DNA of 64,000 nucleotides from the human T2T-CHM13v2.0 reference genome, Homo sapiens: the NCBI RefSeq assembly GCF_009914755.1, contig NC_060940.1, one strand, 5' to 3'. Position 1 is the first letter of the stretch, and the number at the start of each line of letters is the position of its first letter. The notes under the pieces are model-generated. The model saw nothing but the letters and a program-made list of their open reading frames with translations, searched no databases and was not told the DNA's origin. Positions 1-13,510 of the stretch are shown here, piece by piece. The position numbers and the translations under genes were made by a program.

Positions 1-394
1 CCGGCAGGATCTTGTAGAATATTGTGTCTGCCCTTAACTAGAAAGAGTTAAGCCTATGATCCTTAAAGGTTTGCTTACCCTCATTCCTGAGCATAAGTAA
101 TGAAAGCATCAGATTTCCCCTAGAAGGCGAAGATTCCTATTGAACAATACAGATAAGCATGCCATTTTGCTGCCACCAAAGCCTTAGGTCAGAAATGCTT
201 TAATTGGCTAAGAAGATTCCCTTATATCAAAAACAGGAAAACAAAATCATGAAAAAAGGCAACACAAATTAAACTAACAAAATAAAGTGCTTGGAGTGGG
301 AAGACATCATTATTATTCCCCTAAAATTGTCCAAAAACTAAAACAAAAAATAATCTTCCCAAAATGCATTTGGCTATTAGAAATATAAACACTT

Positions 395-868
<474 letters not shown>

Positions 869-929
869 TTAGAAAGGGATTAGAAAAAAAAAAGAAATAC
901 ATTGATAATACTTTCCTCTGAACACCTCA

Positions 930-1150
930 ATCAACCCATAGTAGCTAGGACTACACAGAGCTACATTATCTCGTTTAACTCTCACAACTTCCCCAAGAGG
1001 ATGGGTACTACCATTATCCCTATTTTGCAGATTAGAAAATCAAGGCATTAAAGAACTGAATTCCCAAGAGTTATTCTACTAATGCATAATGAATTGGTTA
1101 AAAATCAGGCTTGTCTGTTGCCAGAATTTATGTTACTAACCATTATAACA
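930..1150 (-). mobile_element. MIR SINE fragment
   Basis: Degenerate MIR core (ccctattttgcagattagaaaatcaaggc). Confidence 0.6.
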
Positions 1151-1559
1151 GCCTTGTTTGCACAAATTCTATCCCAGAGAAAAGAACAGGCATCTTTGGC
1201 CAGCTTAGAGAAAGGACCCTTCCCTAAATATGAGGAGATTTTCACATTGTGTTGTCCCTTCATTCAGCCAATTCCAGATCCTGATGAGAGACCTGAAGAG
1301 TATGCACAGACTCTGCTGAGTGACTGGGAACACTGAGGGGGAAAGGGAAGATGGACAAACTGTAAAGAATGTAGATCCAATGAGAAGAAAAAAAGACTAG
1401 GAATGAAAGAAAGGGGAAAGGGGTCATCCTCCTCCCAAAAGCGTATCCATTTTAATTAAGCTAGTTATCTGCAGTTGCTTTTTTATCTAAACATTAGCTT
1501 CTCCCACCTAAAGATTGAAATGCAGAATTAAAGAGAGGTATTTTAAAATAAGATTAGTC

Positions 1560-1770
1560 CTTCCTCATTCGTTTATTCTCTAACATTAATTTACAGAGCC
1601 CCTTCTCCATGCCAGGCACTCGTCTAGGCAGTTGGGATAGATCAGTGGATGAAACAAATATCCCTTCCTATGTAAAGTTTACATCCTACTGAAGGGAGAT
1701 AGACAATAATCAATAAACAAAATAAATAAAAAATATAAAATGTTCAATAGTATTTTTTGAAAAGTTGATT
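1560..1770 (-). mobile_element. L2 LINE 3' end
   Basis: cattcgtttattc...tgccaggcactcgtctaggcagttgggata matches the L2 3' end. Confidence 0.7.
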
Positions 1771-2307
1771 AATAAGGGACATCAAGAGTATTGGAACAGG
1801 AAGAGGAAGCATAGTTGCAGGAGTAATATGTCCTCATTAAAAAACTCCTCATGTAGTGCTCAAGCTGCCCCTTTTGTGATCACTCCCTTCAGGTTGTTTT
1901 TAGTTAAGTATTACCTCAAACACATTCCCTTTCAAGTTTTCCTTGGTCCTGGCATCAGGTGCAGGAGGACAATGACATCAACTCATTCTCAAGGCTGGGG
2001 CCAAAGGAGACCATAATGTGTGGCAGGACTGCTGAATCCAACCAAGAAGAGGACTGACTCTGTAGCTTCTTTTTTGTGACTTATCCCCAGATATCCCTGG
2101 ATGGAAGGGGAGGAGAAAAACCCAACCTGAGGAAGCCAGCCCATGGGGGTACAGACCTCAACGTCAAGGTGGTTATAAAGACAGATTGAAAGAGGAACCC
2201 ATGCCTTTTTCTACCCACATTTATCTTCACTGGCTGGGAGAGAGTTAGCCTAGACAGCAAGATCCCATGGGCTGGGGCTAAAAGAGTGTCTCTTCATCCA
2301 AAACCAT

Positions 2308-2636
2308 GGATGAGGATGAGGATGATGATGATGATGATAAGATGATGGTAGTGGTGATGATAAAGATAGTGAGGGTAATGATAATGACGATGATGATGAT
2401 AGTGATTATGAGGATATGATGGTGATGATGGTGATGATAATGATGGTGATGATGATGATGATGTTGATGTGATGATGATGATGATGGTGATAATGAAGAT
2501 GGAGATAAAGATGAAGATGGTGATGATAATGATGATGAAGATAATGATGGTGATGGTGATGATGATGATGGTGAAGATGGTACTAATGGTGATAGTGATG
2601 ATGATGATGGTGGTAATGAGACTGACAATGATGACA
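2308..2636. repeat. Degenerate (GAT/GGT)n trinucleotide repeat, ~330 bp
   Basis: Directly visible. It explains the poly-S/H/I/M ORFs. Confidence 0.97.
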
Positions 2637-2639
2637 ACA

Positions 2640-2850
2640 ACAACTATTACTATGTATCATGTCCTGGGCCTAGCACTTTATGAACACTAAACAATCAGCT
2701 TACATGACAAACCAATGAGAAAAATATTACTATTATCCCCATTTTACTGAGGAAGACATTGAGGCTTCTGAGATACTTATTTTTGTCTCATAGAAAATAA
2801 GTGGCAAAAGCCAGATTTAACTGTATAACATCTGGGTTCCAAAATGGAAT
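2640..2850 (-). mobile_element. MIR SINE
   Basis: tattatccccattttactgaggaagacattgaggc core. Confidence 0.7.
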
Positions 2851-2966
2851 CAGGAGAGTATTGATGGGAATGGAGATACACCATCTGGTAAGCCATAAAA
2901 GAGAGACAGAGTAGTTGGCCAAATCAAAGAACCACAAATAAAAGAAAAACTGTAATATTAGATACA

Positions 2967-3380
2967 TGATATAGTTTGGATGTTTGTCCCCTCCAAATCT
3001 CATGTTGAAATACAATCCCCATTGCTGACAGTGGACCTGGTTGGAGGAGTTTGGTTCCTGGGGGTGGAGCCCTCATAAATGGCTTCATGTCCTCCTCATG
3101 GTACTGAATGAGTTCTCACTCTATTTGTTCACATCAGAGCTGATTGTTAAAAGGAGGCTGGCACCTCCTCCCTTCTACCTTGCTCCCTCTCTCACCTGTG
3201 CCACATCCACAACCCCTTTTGCCTTCCACCTTGATTGTGACCTTCCTGAGGCCCTCACCAGAAGCAGATGCCAGCACTATGGTTTTCATGCAGTCTGCAG
3301 AAACATGAGCCAAACAATTTTCTTTATAAATTATCCAGCCTCAGGTATTCCTTTATAACAATACAAAATGGACTAATACC
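2967..3380 (+). mobile_element. MST (ERVL-MaLR) solo LTR, MSTA/MSTB-like
   Basis: Starts tgatatagtttggatgtttgtcccctccaaatctcatgttgaaa and ends ggactaatac. Near 5-bp TSD ataca/atgca. Confidence 0.9.
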
Positions 3381-3789
3381 ATGCATATTTGCTGCCTTCC
3401 CTTTTCCTCCTGTTTGCTAAGGATGTACATTTTCTGGGTCTAAGTAGTGAGTGACAGGAGAGGCAGATTACAGAAGTCTGAGGGGCAATGTTAATCTAAA
3501 AATATAAACTGGAAGCAAGTAGGTTAGCAAGACCACCATGCACACAGTGGCTGAGTTGAGAATTAAAAGTTCTGGATTTGAGAAAGTAGAGGAGAAACTA
3601 TCTTGAGGACCAATGTCTCGAGGGAAACAGGGAGAGGAGGCTAGGATAAAGGTCTGCTCTAGGTTGTAGATGGAATTTCCCATGATATTTGTTGAGAAAC
3701 TTCAGTAAAGATGTGAACTGGGTCTTCTTCATTCAACTTTTCTTTCACTGTTGGGGCTCTTTCCTGGTGTCATTCATTCAGGGAAGATG

Positions 3790-4380
3790 GGGCCTCCCAA
3801 CTAGCTCTCCCCAGTCAGTTCTCCCTTGTCATTTCCCCCCACTTTCTATTTTTCAGTCTGTAGCCAGAATGATCTTTTAAGACATATATGAGATTGCCTC
3901 GTTATCCACAACACACACTTTAAAACCTATGCATCATGAGAGATTTAAACTCCTGAACACGGTTGATAAAGTTCTCTGTGATCTCACCTCTGCTACCTCA
4001 CCGACTTCATCTCTTTGTCATTTGATCTCTTACCATTCTTCAACCACTGCCTCCTTTTGAATTCACCTTGCTCCTGGCCACCTCAGGGGCTTTGTATGTG
4101 TTATTTCCTTTGTTTTTAGTTAATTCCTATCCACTTTCCACATCTCAACTCAAACATCATCTCCTCAGAAGACTTTTCCTTGAACACCCCCTCATGAACC
4201 CCAGACTCCAGCAGGCCTTCCTGTCATATGTCTCATTAGCCCTTATGTTTTTCATTGCATTGTTATCACAGTTTATGTGTGTGATCCATGCTCTCCTTAG
4301 ACTCTCCCCTGTAACTCTCATTAAAGCAAAAGAGTATTTTAGTTACTATTGTATATTCAAAAATTAGCACAATGCCTAGC
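3790..4380 (+). mobile_element. L2 LINE fragment
   Basis: Pyrimidine-rich L2 3' region (gccagaatgatctttt, cctcaggggctttg, tagcacaatgcctagc). Confidence 0.65.
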
Positions 4381-4681
4381 CCCCTCCACCCCCAAACATG
4401 AGAAAAATAAATCGGGAAGAGTGGCCTCGGGTTTCCCGTCTTAACCTGAGCTTTGAGAAACATAGATATCCACAGGAATGCTCTTGCTTGGTGTGGTCTC
4501 TTTGCTGAGAAAAACTATAAGCCAACAATGTAGGGGCTTCTGCAGGGCCATAAGCTAAATATGAATAAAACATACTTTAGAACATGGGAAATTCATGTCA
4601 TATAACAGAGTAACATCTGGTTTCAACATCACTTCATTCATTTAACTACCTGTGTTGACCTTGGACAGGTTACAAAGGTGA

Positions 4682-4994
<313 letters not shown>

Positions 4995-5161
4995 TGAGAC
5001 TCAGTATTCTCATCTGTAAAGTGGGGTTAATGATAGCCCAGGCCTTACTGTCTTGTTGTGAGGATTCAATGAGATAACACATATAAAGGGCTTAACACAG
5101 CACTTGGCACATGCAATACTCCATTATTAATGGTAGCTATGCCAAACCAGATAATCTACAT

Positions 5162-5328
5162 CAGGGCTGTCCAATAGAACTTGCCACAACAATGGAACAT
5201 TCTTCTGTGCTGTCCAATACGATAGCCATTAGCTACCTGTAGCTATTAAGCATTTGAAATATGACTAGTGTGACTGAGGAACTTAATTTTTAGTTTATGG
5301 CTGGTGGCCACCATATTGAATTGCACAC
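5162..5328 (+). mobile_element. MER3 (hAT-Charlie) DNA transposon
   Basis: cagggctgtccaatagaac...gtgactgaggaact matches MER3. Confidence 0.85.
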
Positions 5329-5574
5329 CACTCTAGACTGGAGTCTTCACTCTCTGGTTCTGAGGGGTGGTGCTGTCCCTGGTGCTAAAATTCTTGATGT
5401 TCAGATTACTTGTTCGTTTCATGGGCAAAGGAAGCACTCCTTTGTAAATACCTCTGAGTAGCTTCCATATCACTAGACAACAGCTGTTCTATGGCTTCTC
5501 AGAGAAGCTTGATGTAGTCACAAAGAGTGAGCAATAAGTCATTCTTACTCCTCTATAATTCCAAATTCTGGTTA

Positions 5575-5790
5575 TGGTAATAGCTAGTACTTATTAAGCC
5601 CTTGCTCTGTGACAAAGTCCATATTAGAGGTTTGTCTCACTCAATCTGCTTGAAATTCTCTGAGGTAGACCCCATTACAATCCCCATTTTGAAGGAGTCT
5701 GTTTAGAGGTGCACAACTCATAAGCAGCAGATCCTGGATTTGAATTCAAGTAGCCTGATTTTGGAGTCTGTGCCATAACCACCAGCTAGA
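5575..5790 (-). mobile_element. MIR SINE
   Basis: ccccattttgaagg...ggatttgaattcaag. Confidence 0.6.
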
Positions 5791-5997
5791 CTACCTTCTC
5801 ATACTATGTTCCAGTTTGTCAACAACAGAAATGAACTCTATTTCACTTAAACAGTAAAGGGATTATTAGAAGTTTCCCCAATTGCTCACAGAATCAAAGA
5901 GAAAATTAGACTTTGAAAGTGGGGGAAAAAATCAAGGGAAACCAAGTGGCCAAAATCATCTAAACTCTCCCCCAGAAGAGCCCATTAAGAGTGTCTC

Positions 5998-6358
<361 letters not shown>

Positions 6359-6739
6359 CTAGGAAGAAACATATTATTAGCTGAACTTAGGTCTAAAAAG
6401 CCCATACTCTATCATCCAGAGATCATGGGAAGCAAATACTGGCCTTCCAGGTTCTATAGCAGAAGGAGCTGCCAAGGATATCTTCAAGATCAGCTATAAA
6501 TGATTCCCTAAACATAGTAAATGGGTTAGACATTGAGTAGCCAAAAAATTATAAACATCCACTACCTACTACCCTTACCTGAATCCTTATAAATGTTGTC
6601 ATTAATAGCGTGTTTTTCTTTCCAGGCTACAAGGTATTGCTTCTAGCCAAGTAAGCATAATCAAAGCCCAGGCTCCTCATCTGAGTATCTTTAAACCTTA
6701 ACAGAAAGTATCATTTGGGATTTTTTTTTCTTTAAGTGG

Positions 6740-7020
6740 TTATTTTCCATGCTCCAATCATTCAAGTGCTGCCTTCACAATTTTCTGTCATATGGGTGCA
6801 TCACTGCTCTATTATTTGCTTAATATTTCTCTTCAAACAGACTCTACATTTTACTTGATTCATTTTGAAAGGAAACTTTATATTACTGCTGAGAACATGG
6901 GGTTAGCATACTAGCTATATTTCATCTTCTGATAGTCATTAAAATAAACATAAAACTCTGAATGTTTTTTAAGTTTATTCAGGAACCATCTAAAAGCATC
7001 CTCTGCTCCAGAGACGCTGC
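6740..7020. mobile_element. hAT-Charlie relic, MER113-like
   Basis: tattatttgcttaatatttctcttc and ttttgaaaggaaactttatattact resemble MER113. Confidence 0.55.
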
Positions 7021-7779
7021 TCTAATACAAATAACCACCTTGCAGTTTTCCATAAGGTTGCAGTGATGTGAGATGGATAGCAATGCCCGGAGAGACCAGG
7101 GGAAGCTCAATTTTTACTACCAGAATTCAGAGTCAGGGATCTCTGGGAAATCTACCTTAGCATTCTCTCTTCTTCCTTGTGTGGCCTTAATCAAACCCCA
7201 TGGTTCTTTTGTTTCTTGGCCCACTCAATGCCAGCACTTGAGTAATTAACATGTAATACAGCCAAGCACGCCCTTCCATCACAGACACACGTGTCCTCTG
7301 CACTACCCAAAATGCTATTTAGGATTAACATTTATTTCCTTCTAAGGAACAGAAATCAAAGTCTAGTTTCTCTTGCACTTTCTGTGTACTGTCTTTATCC
7401 CAGACCCAACAAACTGGCAGGCTAACCAAATAAACACAGAATCAAACAAACATGAGCCTTCAAAACAAAAAAAAAAAAAAAAAAAAAGGAGGCGAGGAGC
7501 ACGGGGAAGTGGGGAAAGAGGCAATTCTATTCAGGAATAGACTCTTTTCTTTCCAGTTAAAGCAATGAGCACATCTATTGACACAACATAGATCCACCTA
7601 GGACTACCTTTGCCCTGCAAGGATATAAATGCTGCATTAAAACTACTTTCTGTTTGCATAGAAAGTCCTGTAAACAGACCTGCTGTGAATGCAAAGCAAG
7701 AAACCCAGCTGGAAGGAGAAAGGCTTTTGGAGGAACCTGAGAAGGAGATGTTAGATTTGTCTGCCCTGTACACAGATTT

Positions 7780-7952
7780 GCTCTCTTCTCATCTTCCTCT
7801 CTTTCTCCCCTGACTCCTCCTCCTCTCCCCTCTTCCCCGCTCTTCTTCTTTTCCTCTTTCTCTTCCTCCTACCTCTCCTTTTCTTCCTCCTTCTCCTCCT
7901 TCTTCTCCCTTTCTCTCCTCCTTCTCCATCTTCTCCTCCTTCCTATTTCTTC
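7780..7952. repeat. Polypyrimidine (CT-rich) low-complexity tract
   Basis: ~170 bp almost entirely C/T. Confidence 0.95.
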
Positions 7953-9474
7953 TGGAGTCGATGAGCGAGCAGGTGGCCAGAATTCATGGCCTGGAAAATT
8001 CTGGATCCCATCAACAAAGATGCTGTCTTGGAAAAAAAGCTGCCATGCTCGTTTTCCCAAACTGAAGGAGATGCTCTCCACATCTCTGATCTTGCATCCA
8101 AGAAGTGGGCAGACCACAGGAAATTCTTTCAGAGCATTTAGCCCTAAGTTCCCCTGTTTAATATAGTTGACTGAATTCATTAATCAATTAATTAGTAAGT
8201 CACACTGCTCCAGACTAATACATATGCCAACGCAGCAAGAGACTGGAAAGACACAGGGGAAACGAGGAAAGTGAAGAGGCTTCCCCTGCAATACTGGAGT
8301 ATTTATTTTGAGTGTAGCGAGTTCAGCAAACATCTGTTTATTCAGAATACGAGCAACCAGGGAACTCGAACTAACCAGAAAGGTTTCTCAGAATTTTAAA
8401 AGAAGAGTTGATGCTCTTAACCATAACATGCTCAGCCCTTATGAGATTTTGAAGTGCTCTCTGAATCAAAAGATTTTTTTCCCCTGTGAAGTTTTACAGT
8501 AAAGTGTGTTCCAACTTTCTAAAAATGAGCTGAAAAGGTATGTTTTCTGGGACTGTTCCCAGTTAAGTTGGATATTCTATTCACCAAATAACCCACTTCT
8601 CAACCATTCCAGTGCACGTGGGCCAAGGAGGTGGGGAAAACAAGATGGAAACCATCATAATGGGCTTATGCTAGGAAGGCTGTGTTGTAATTTAAAGAAT
8701 ACTGATCTTTGAGTCTAGAAAACTGCATGGAAACCCTAGCTCTTTGGTTTACCAGAGCAGTGACTATTTGTGCAAGCCTTTCAGAACCTCAGCTCCCAAT
8801 CTGCATAGTGAAAAAATCACTTTATCTTTACAAAGTGGCTGTGAGAGTGAAATAAGAAAGGGTATGTATGAATGCTTTGAATGCCATAGCACAGCACTCA
8901 CATGCAAGGAATAATTACTGTCATTTATAACAACACACTCTCAACCTTGAGTTATCCTCTCATTCTTTCTTCTCTTTTTCCTTCTCTCTCCCGCTTCCTG
9001 GGGAGCATAATGATGTCTGTGATAACTATTACACATGAAAATTACATCTCTCCATTAGTTCTCTTTACAGAATAAATTTCATTGAAATCCATTAAAATAT
9101 TTCAGACAACAAGCCTACCTTGAAAGTGTTGTTAATCACTATTTTATTTTGAGATGTTAGTCTAAGGGGGAAAAAAGGGGATAGACTTTAGCCATTTGGT
9201 ACTAAGGTGGATTTTGTTAGACCACTCCTTTCAAACTGTCACCAAACAGAAAGATGGAGAAAGAAAGCCGGACAATCAGCAAATACCTGGCAATTAATCC
9301 AAGGTCAAGATCTCTAATTTGTTTATAAAGGTGGTAATGAGTTGGGAAGGGAATGTTTTACCTGAAATTCAGTATCCACCCAAATGGCAAGTTTATACTC
9401 TGCTTAGTCTCAAGGTATGGAAATGTTTTAAAACTTTTTCATATTATTCCTTGAGTCTTTAGGGATTGAGCCTC

Positions 9475-9617
9475 TGGATGGATGGATGGATGGATGGATG
9501 GATGGATGGATGGATGGATGGATGATTATATAGATTATACAGACAGATGATAGATAGATAGATAGATAGATTAGATAGATAGATAGATAGATAGACAGAT
9601 ATCGATAGGATAGATAG
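9475..9617. repeat. Compound (TGGA)n/(TAGA)n microsatellite
   Basis: About 12 TGGA units then interrupted TAGA runs. TAGA resumes after the Alu at ~9904-9925. Confidence 0.97.
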
Positions 9618-9903
<286 letters not shown>

Positions 9904-11078
9904 AGATAGATAGATAGATAGATAGTCAGACAACAGATATTGATAGATAGATGCAGAGATAAATTCAGATGTAGAAATGAATACGCAGATGAATTAAATT
10001 CAGATAGAGTATTTCTCCTGTCCATGAGGGCATGCAAAACAAAGAGACCAAAGAAAAATATGCAATATGGCTGAAGGAAACCAAAAAATAATCTTACCCC
10101 ACCTTCTCATTTTTAAAAGGTAAAGCCCTGAAAAGGGGATTAACTTACCCCAGGTCACAAAGCCAGTACTGCCACTGTTATTACTAACAGCTGATATGCA
10201 TTAGCACCTACTTGCACTAGGTTTTGGACAAAGCTGTCCAAGTGTGATATCTTATTTAACCTTCCCAGGACAATCAGAATGCTGGTCTTACTGACTAGAA
10301 AACTGAAACTCAGAAGGGTGAAGCCATTTGTCCAAGGTCACTCAACTGGTGAGATGCAGAGACAGACTTGCAACCAGAGGAATACCCTGAGCTACACTGA
10401 ACCTAAGACTCCTGGTTTCCAAACTAGTACAAGGTCCCTTTATATATTTCAACCTGAAATTTTAACCTAAAATATTTCTTTCCTTCCACTGGTAATTGGA
10501 AAATTCACTTTTGTAAATGAACTTACAAAAAAATAATTACCTTCCCAAATTGCACATTCTCTTTTTTCTAGTGAAATCTATTGCACGCACTGAGGACTCG
10601 TTCAGCAGGGGCCGGGCTGCCCCATAAATAAGTCGTGCCTAGGTTGATCTGTGTGGCTGTCACTGTATATATAATAGAAGAGACAGTGTCAGGGAGCAGC
10701 CAACATTCACCTCCTTGAGCACATGTTTCCAAATTGCCCTTGACAGGTTATGAGCAGAGCATTTCAAAGGGATGCATTAAATACAGCACAAGTGCTTTGA
10801 GAATCTGCCTTTCTACATCCTGAGGCTGGCACTTTGATTTCTTCCAATTCCGTTTGGTTTCCCACTTCCTACGAGAAGGAAGGAAGCTGAGAGCAACTCC
10901 TGGGGCAGCTGGTCTGGCTGCAGGGTTACTCCCCTGGCTTGTGAATATTAGAACAAAACTATGAGTTGATGAGGTACATGGTATCTGAGGCTAATAAATA
11001 TGGGTTGAAATCCTGGCTCTACAATTTACTAGCCACATGGCCCTCAGAAAGTTCTTTAGCCTCTCACTTTTTCAACTA

Positions 11079-11327
11079 TAGAATAGAAATAATAGCCCTC
11101 TCCTCCAGAAGGTTACAGTAAGGATAAAATAAGCATGTTAATAACAGCTAATATTTATTCAGTATTCATTATGTATCAAACACTTCACTAAGCATTGAAC
11201 ATGTGTGGATTACTTATATAATTCTCATACAGAAATAGGCAAAATTGTTATCTCAATGTCACAGATGGGGAAACGGAGGCACCGAGAGTTTCTCTAACTG
11301 CCCCATTGTCTCATAGCAAGCTTTGCA
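11079..11327 (+). repeat. Local duplication A, copy 1 (tail-to-tail MIR/MIR junction)
   Basis: Shares ccagaaggttacagt, aacacttcactaagca, atataattctca, gtcacagatg and cccattgtctc.tagca.gctttgca with 12818-13510. Confidence 0.85.
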
Positions 11328-11821
11328 CCAGGCTTTCTGGCTCCAGACTAAAACTGCTTAGTGACCACTCTGCGAGCAGAGAGTGCCTGGCACATAGAAG
11401 GTGCTCAATAAATTTTAGGGTTTTTTTGTTTGTTTGTTTGTTATTTTTGTCATTGAGTTACCTCGTAATTGCTCACCTATTCAGAAAGAACAAGTGTCAG
11501 TGTCTTGGGGAAGAATAACAGAATTATCATTTACTGAACCTCAGATGTGTGCCAAATGCTTTACTTGTATTTTCTTATTTAATCCTCACAGCAAAACTGC
11601 ATGCTGGTCCTATTATTCCCATTGCCTGGATGGGGAAGCTGAGACACTAGAAGGCCAAGGACTCTCCCAAGGCAAATAGGAGAGCCAGGATTAAAGTCCC
11701 AGTCCATCCAACTTCAAAGTTCACACCACACTGACAACCTAAACAAACCCTCGATGCTTATATCATCTAAATCAAACAAACCATTTCTGCCTCCCCACTT
11801 TCATCATCGTCATGTAAGTCA

Positions 11822-11962
11822 CAGATTCTTAAAGTTTACTGTGCACACAGATCATCCGGGCATCCTGTTAAATGCAGGTTCTCATTCAGCAGGTCTGGGA
11901 GGGAGCTAAGATTCTGCATTTCTAAGAAGCACCCAGGTAGACAACACTTAGAATAGCGAGGA
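11822..11962. mobile_element. MER5A-type DNA transposon
   Basis: ctgttaaatgcaggttctcattcagcaggtctggg...attctgcatttctaa. Confidence 0.8.
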
Positions 11963-12817
11963 TGTAAGAGAGTCCTTCAACCCTTTCCATGTTTTCTCAC
12001 TCTTTGCCACTTAAGACTCAAGAGGCTTCTGAGGTTGGAGACTGAGAGAGGAAATTAGTTCCACCTTCTTCAGCTCTATGGAGTCAGATTTTCCAAAGCA
12101 CCCCTTTCCCCACCAAAACCATCCTCACCACCAATGTCACCATCACACACGCACACATACACACACAGGCCCTCTCAACCTCTCTTGAATTTTTATGTCT
12201 TTTTGACATGTGGTTGTTGGGCACATTTCATATTAAATCACTCCAATGTCAAAAGAAAATTCAAATTGTTACTAAGCATATTTAACTCCAAAGAAGAATT
12301 CTACCATAAGGCTAAATGCAGCAATACCAGCAATTTACAACTGAATAGTGCCTTAAGTAATGATAATGAGCCTGATGACATTTGGTTGTACATGGTTAAA
12401 TCTTTCGTAAAATAGTCCCTCTCCACTCTCAAATTTAAACCTAGTGAAGTATTTAAAAGGTTCTTCATAAAGCACTCTCTCTTGCCAGCCCACAGTTTTA
12501 TAGCTGTGGTTCTTTCCTGTCCAGCCTCATCTCCTGATTCTTTCCCACAATACCCTGTTTTCCCAGTTGTGCTGGACTTGCAGATCTTTGATCCCCATGA
12601 TCATTCCTACTCAGGGCCTTGGACCATGTTCTTTCCTCTTCCTGGGCTCTCTTCTCCCATCTGTAATTCCCTGCAGATCTCTGTCTCCCAACCCAGAGTT
12701 TCCTTCCATAGAGAAGGTTTTGAAGTCAAGATACACTCAAGGACTCTGCTCACCACTCCAAGATATTGACTTCATATCCCTTCATATCCTACTCTCTATA
12801 GTACATCAATCCCTGGG

Positions 12818-13510
12818 TAGAATAAATGTAATAACAGTCTCTGCCAGAAGGTTACAGTGAAGATGTTAGTCATAGATCACGTTTGTTCAGTACTCATTAT
12901 GCACCCAACACTTCACTAAGCACTGCATGTCTGTATCACGCATATAATTCTCACAAATTATAGGAGAATACATCATTCTCATATAATAACCCACATGTGT
13001 AACATGATCCCATATAGTATATGTAATATATGTATGTAATATACGTACATATGTATATCCATCCATATACATATACACACATGTGTATATGTTTACATGC
13101 ACACACATGTATATACATATACGTATGCACATGTACGTGTACACACGTGTATATGTGCACATATGTACATATGAATACATATGTATAAATGTGTGTACAT
13201 GTACATATGTAAGTATACATGTATAAATGTATACATGCACATTTTATCTATATATGTAGACATGTATGTCTACATGTACATGTCGACATATATACATATG
13301 TACTTGTATTCCATATATGTATACGCATATATGTATGTAATATATGTAGTATATGTATAATATATGTATATATGTAATATACATGTATAATATATAACCC
13401 CATGTATGTATAATAACATAATCTCGTATAATAACCCTAAGTCACAGATGAGGAAACTGAGGCATAGAGAGGTTAAACAACTGGCCCATTGTCTCCTAGC
13501 AGGCTTTGCA
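12818..13510 (+). repeat. Local duplication A, copy 2, split by a TA/CA/TG alternating repeat at ~12993-13420
   Basis: Same shared words as 11079-11327 at offset 1739 on the left side. About 430 bp of purine-pyrimidine alternation in the middle. Confidence 0.85.

Noticed and set aside
2281-2292. aagagtgtctc identical to the AluY TSD at 5987
   Set aside because: An 11-mer match with no extended homology, compatible with chance.
2278-2690. Poly-Ser/His/Ile and poly-Met ORFs
   Set aside because: Artefacts of the GAT repeat.
6626-6650. Possible 25-nt exon (tttctttccag...CAA|GTAAGC)
   Set aside because: Short tract, not frame-preserving, no supporting neighbouring exons.
7429-7487. AATAAA plus A21 as a retrocopy tail
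   Set aside because: No TSD or compositional break could be found.
12887-13240. Tyr/Cys/Val/His-rich ORFs
   Set aside because: Translation of an alternating purine-pyrimidine repeat.
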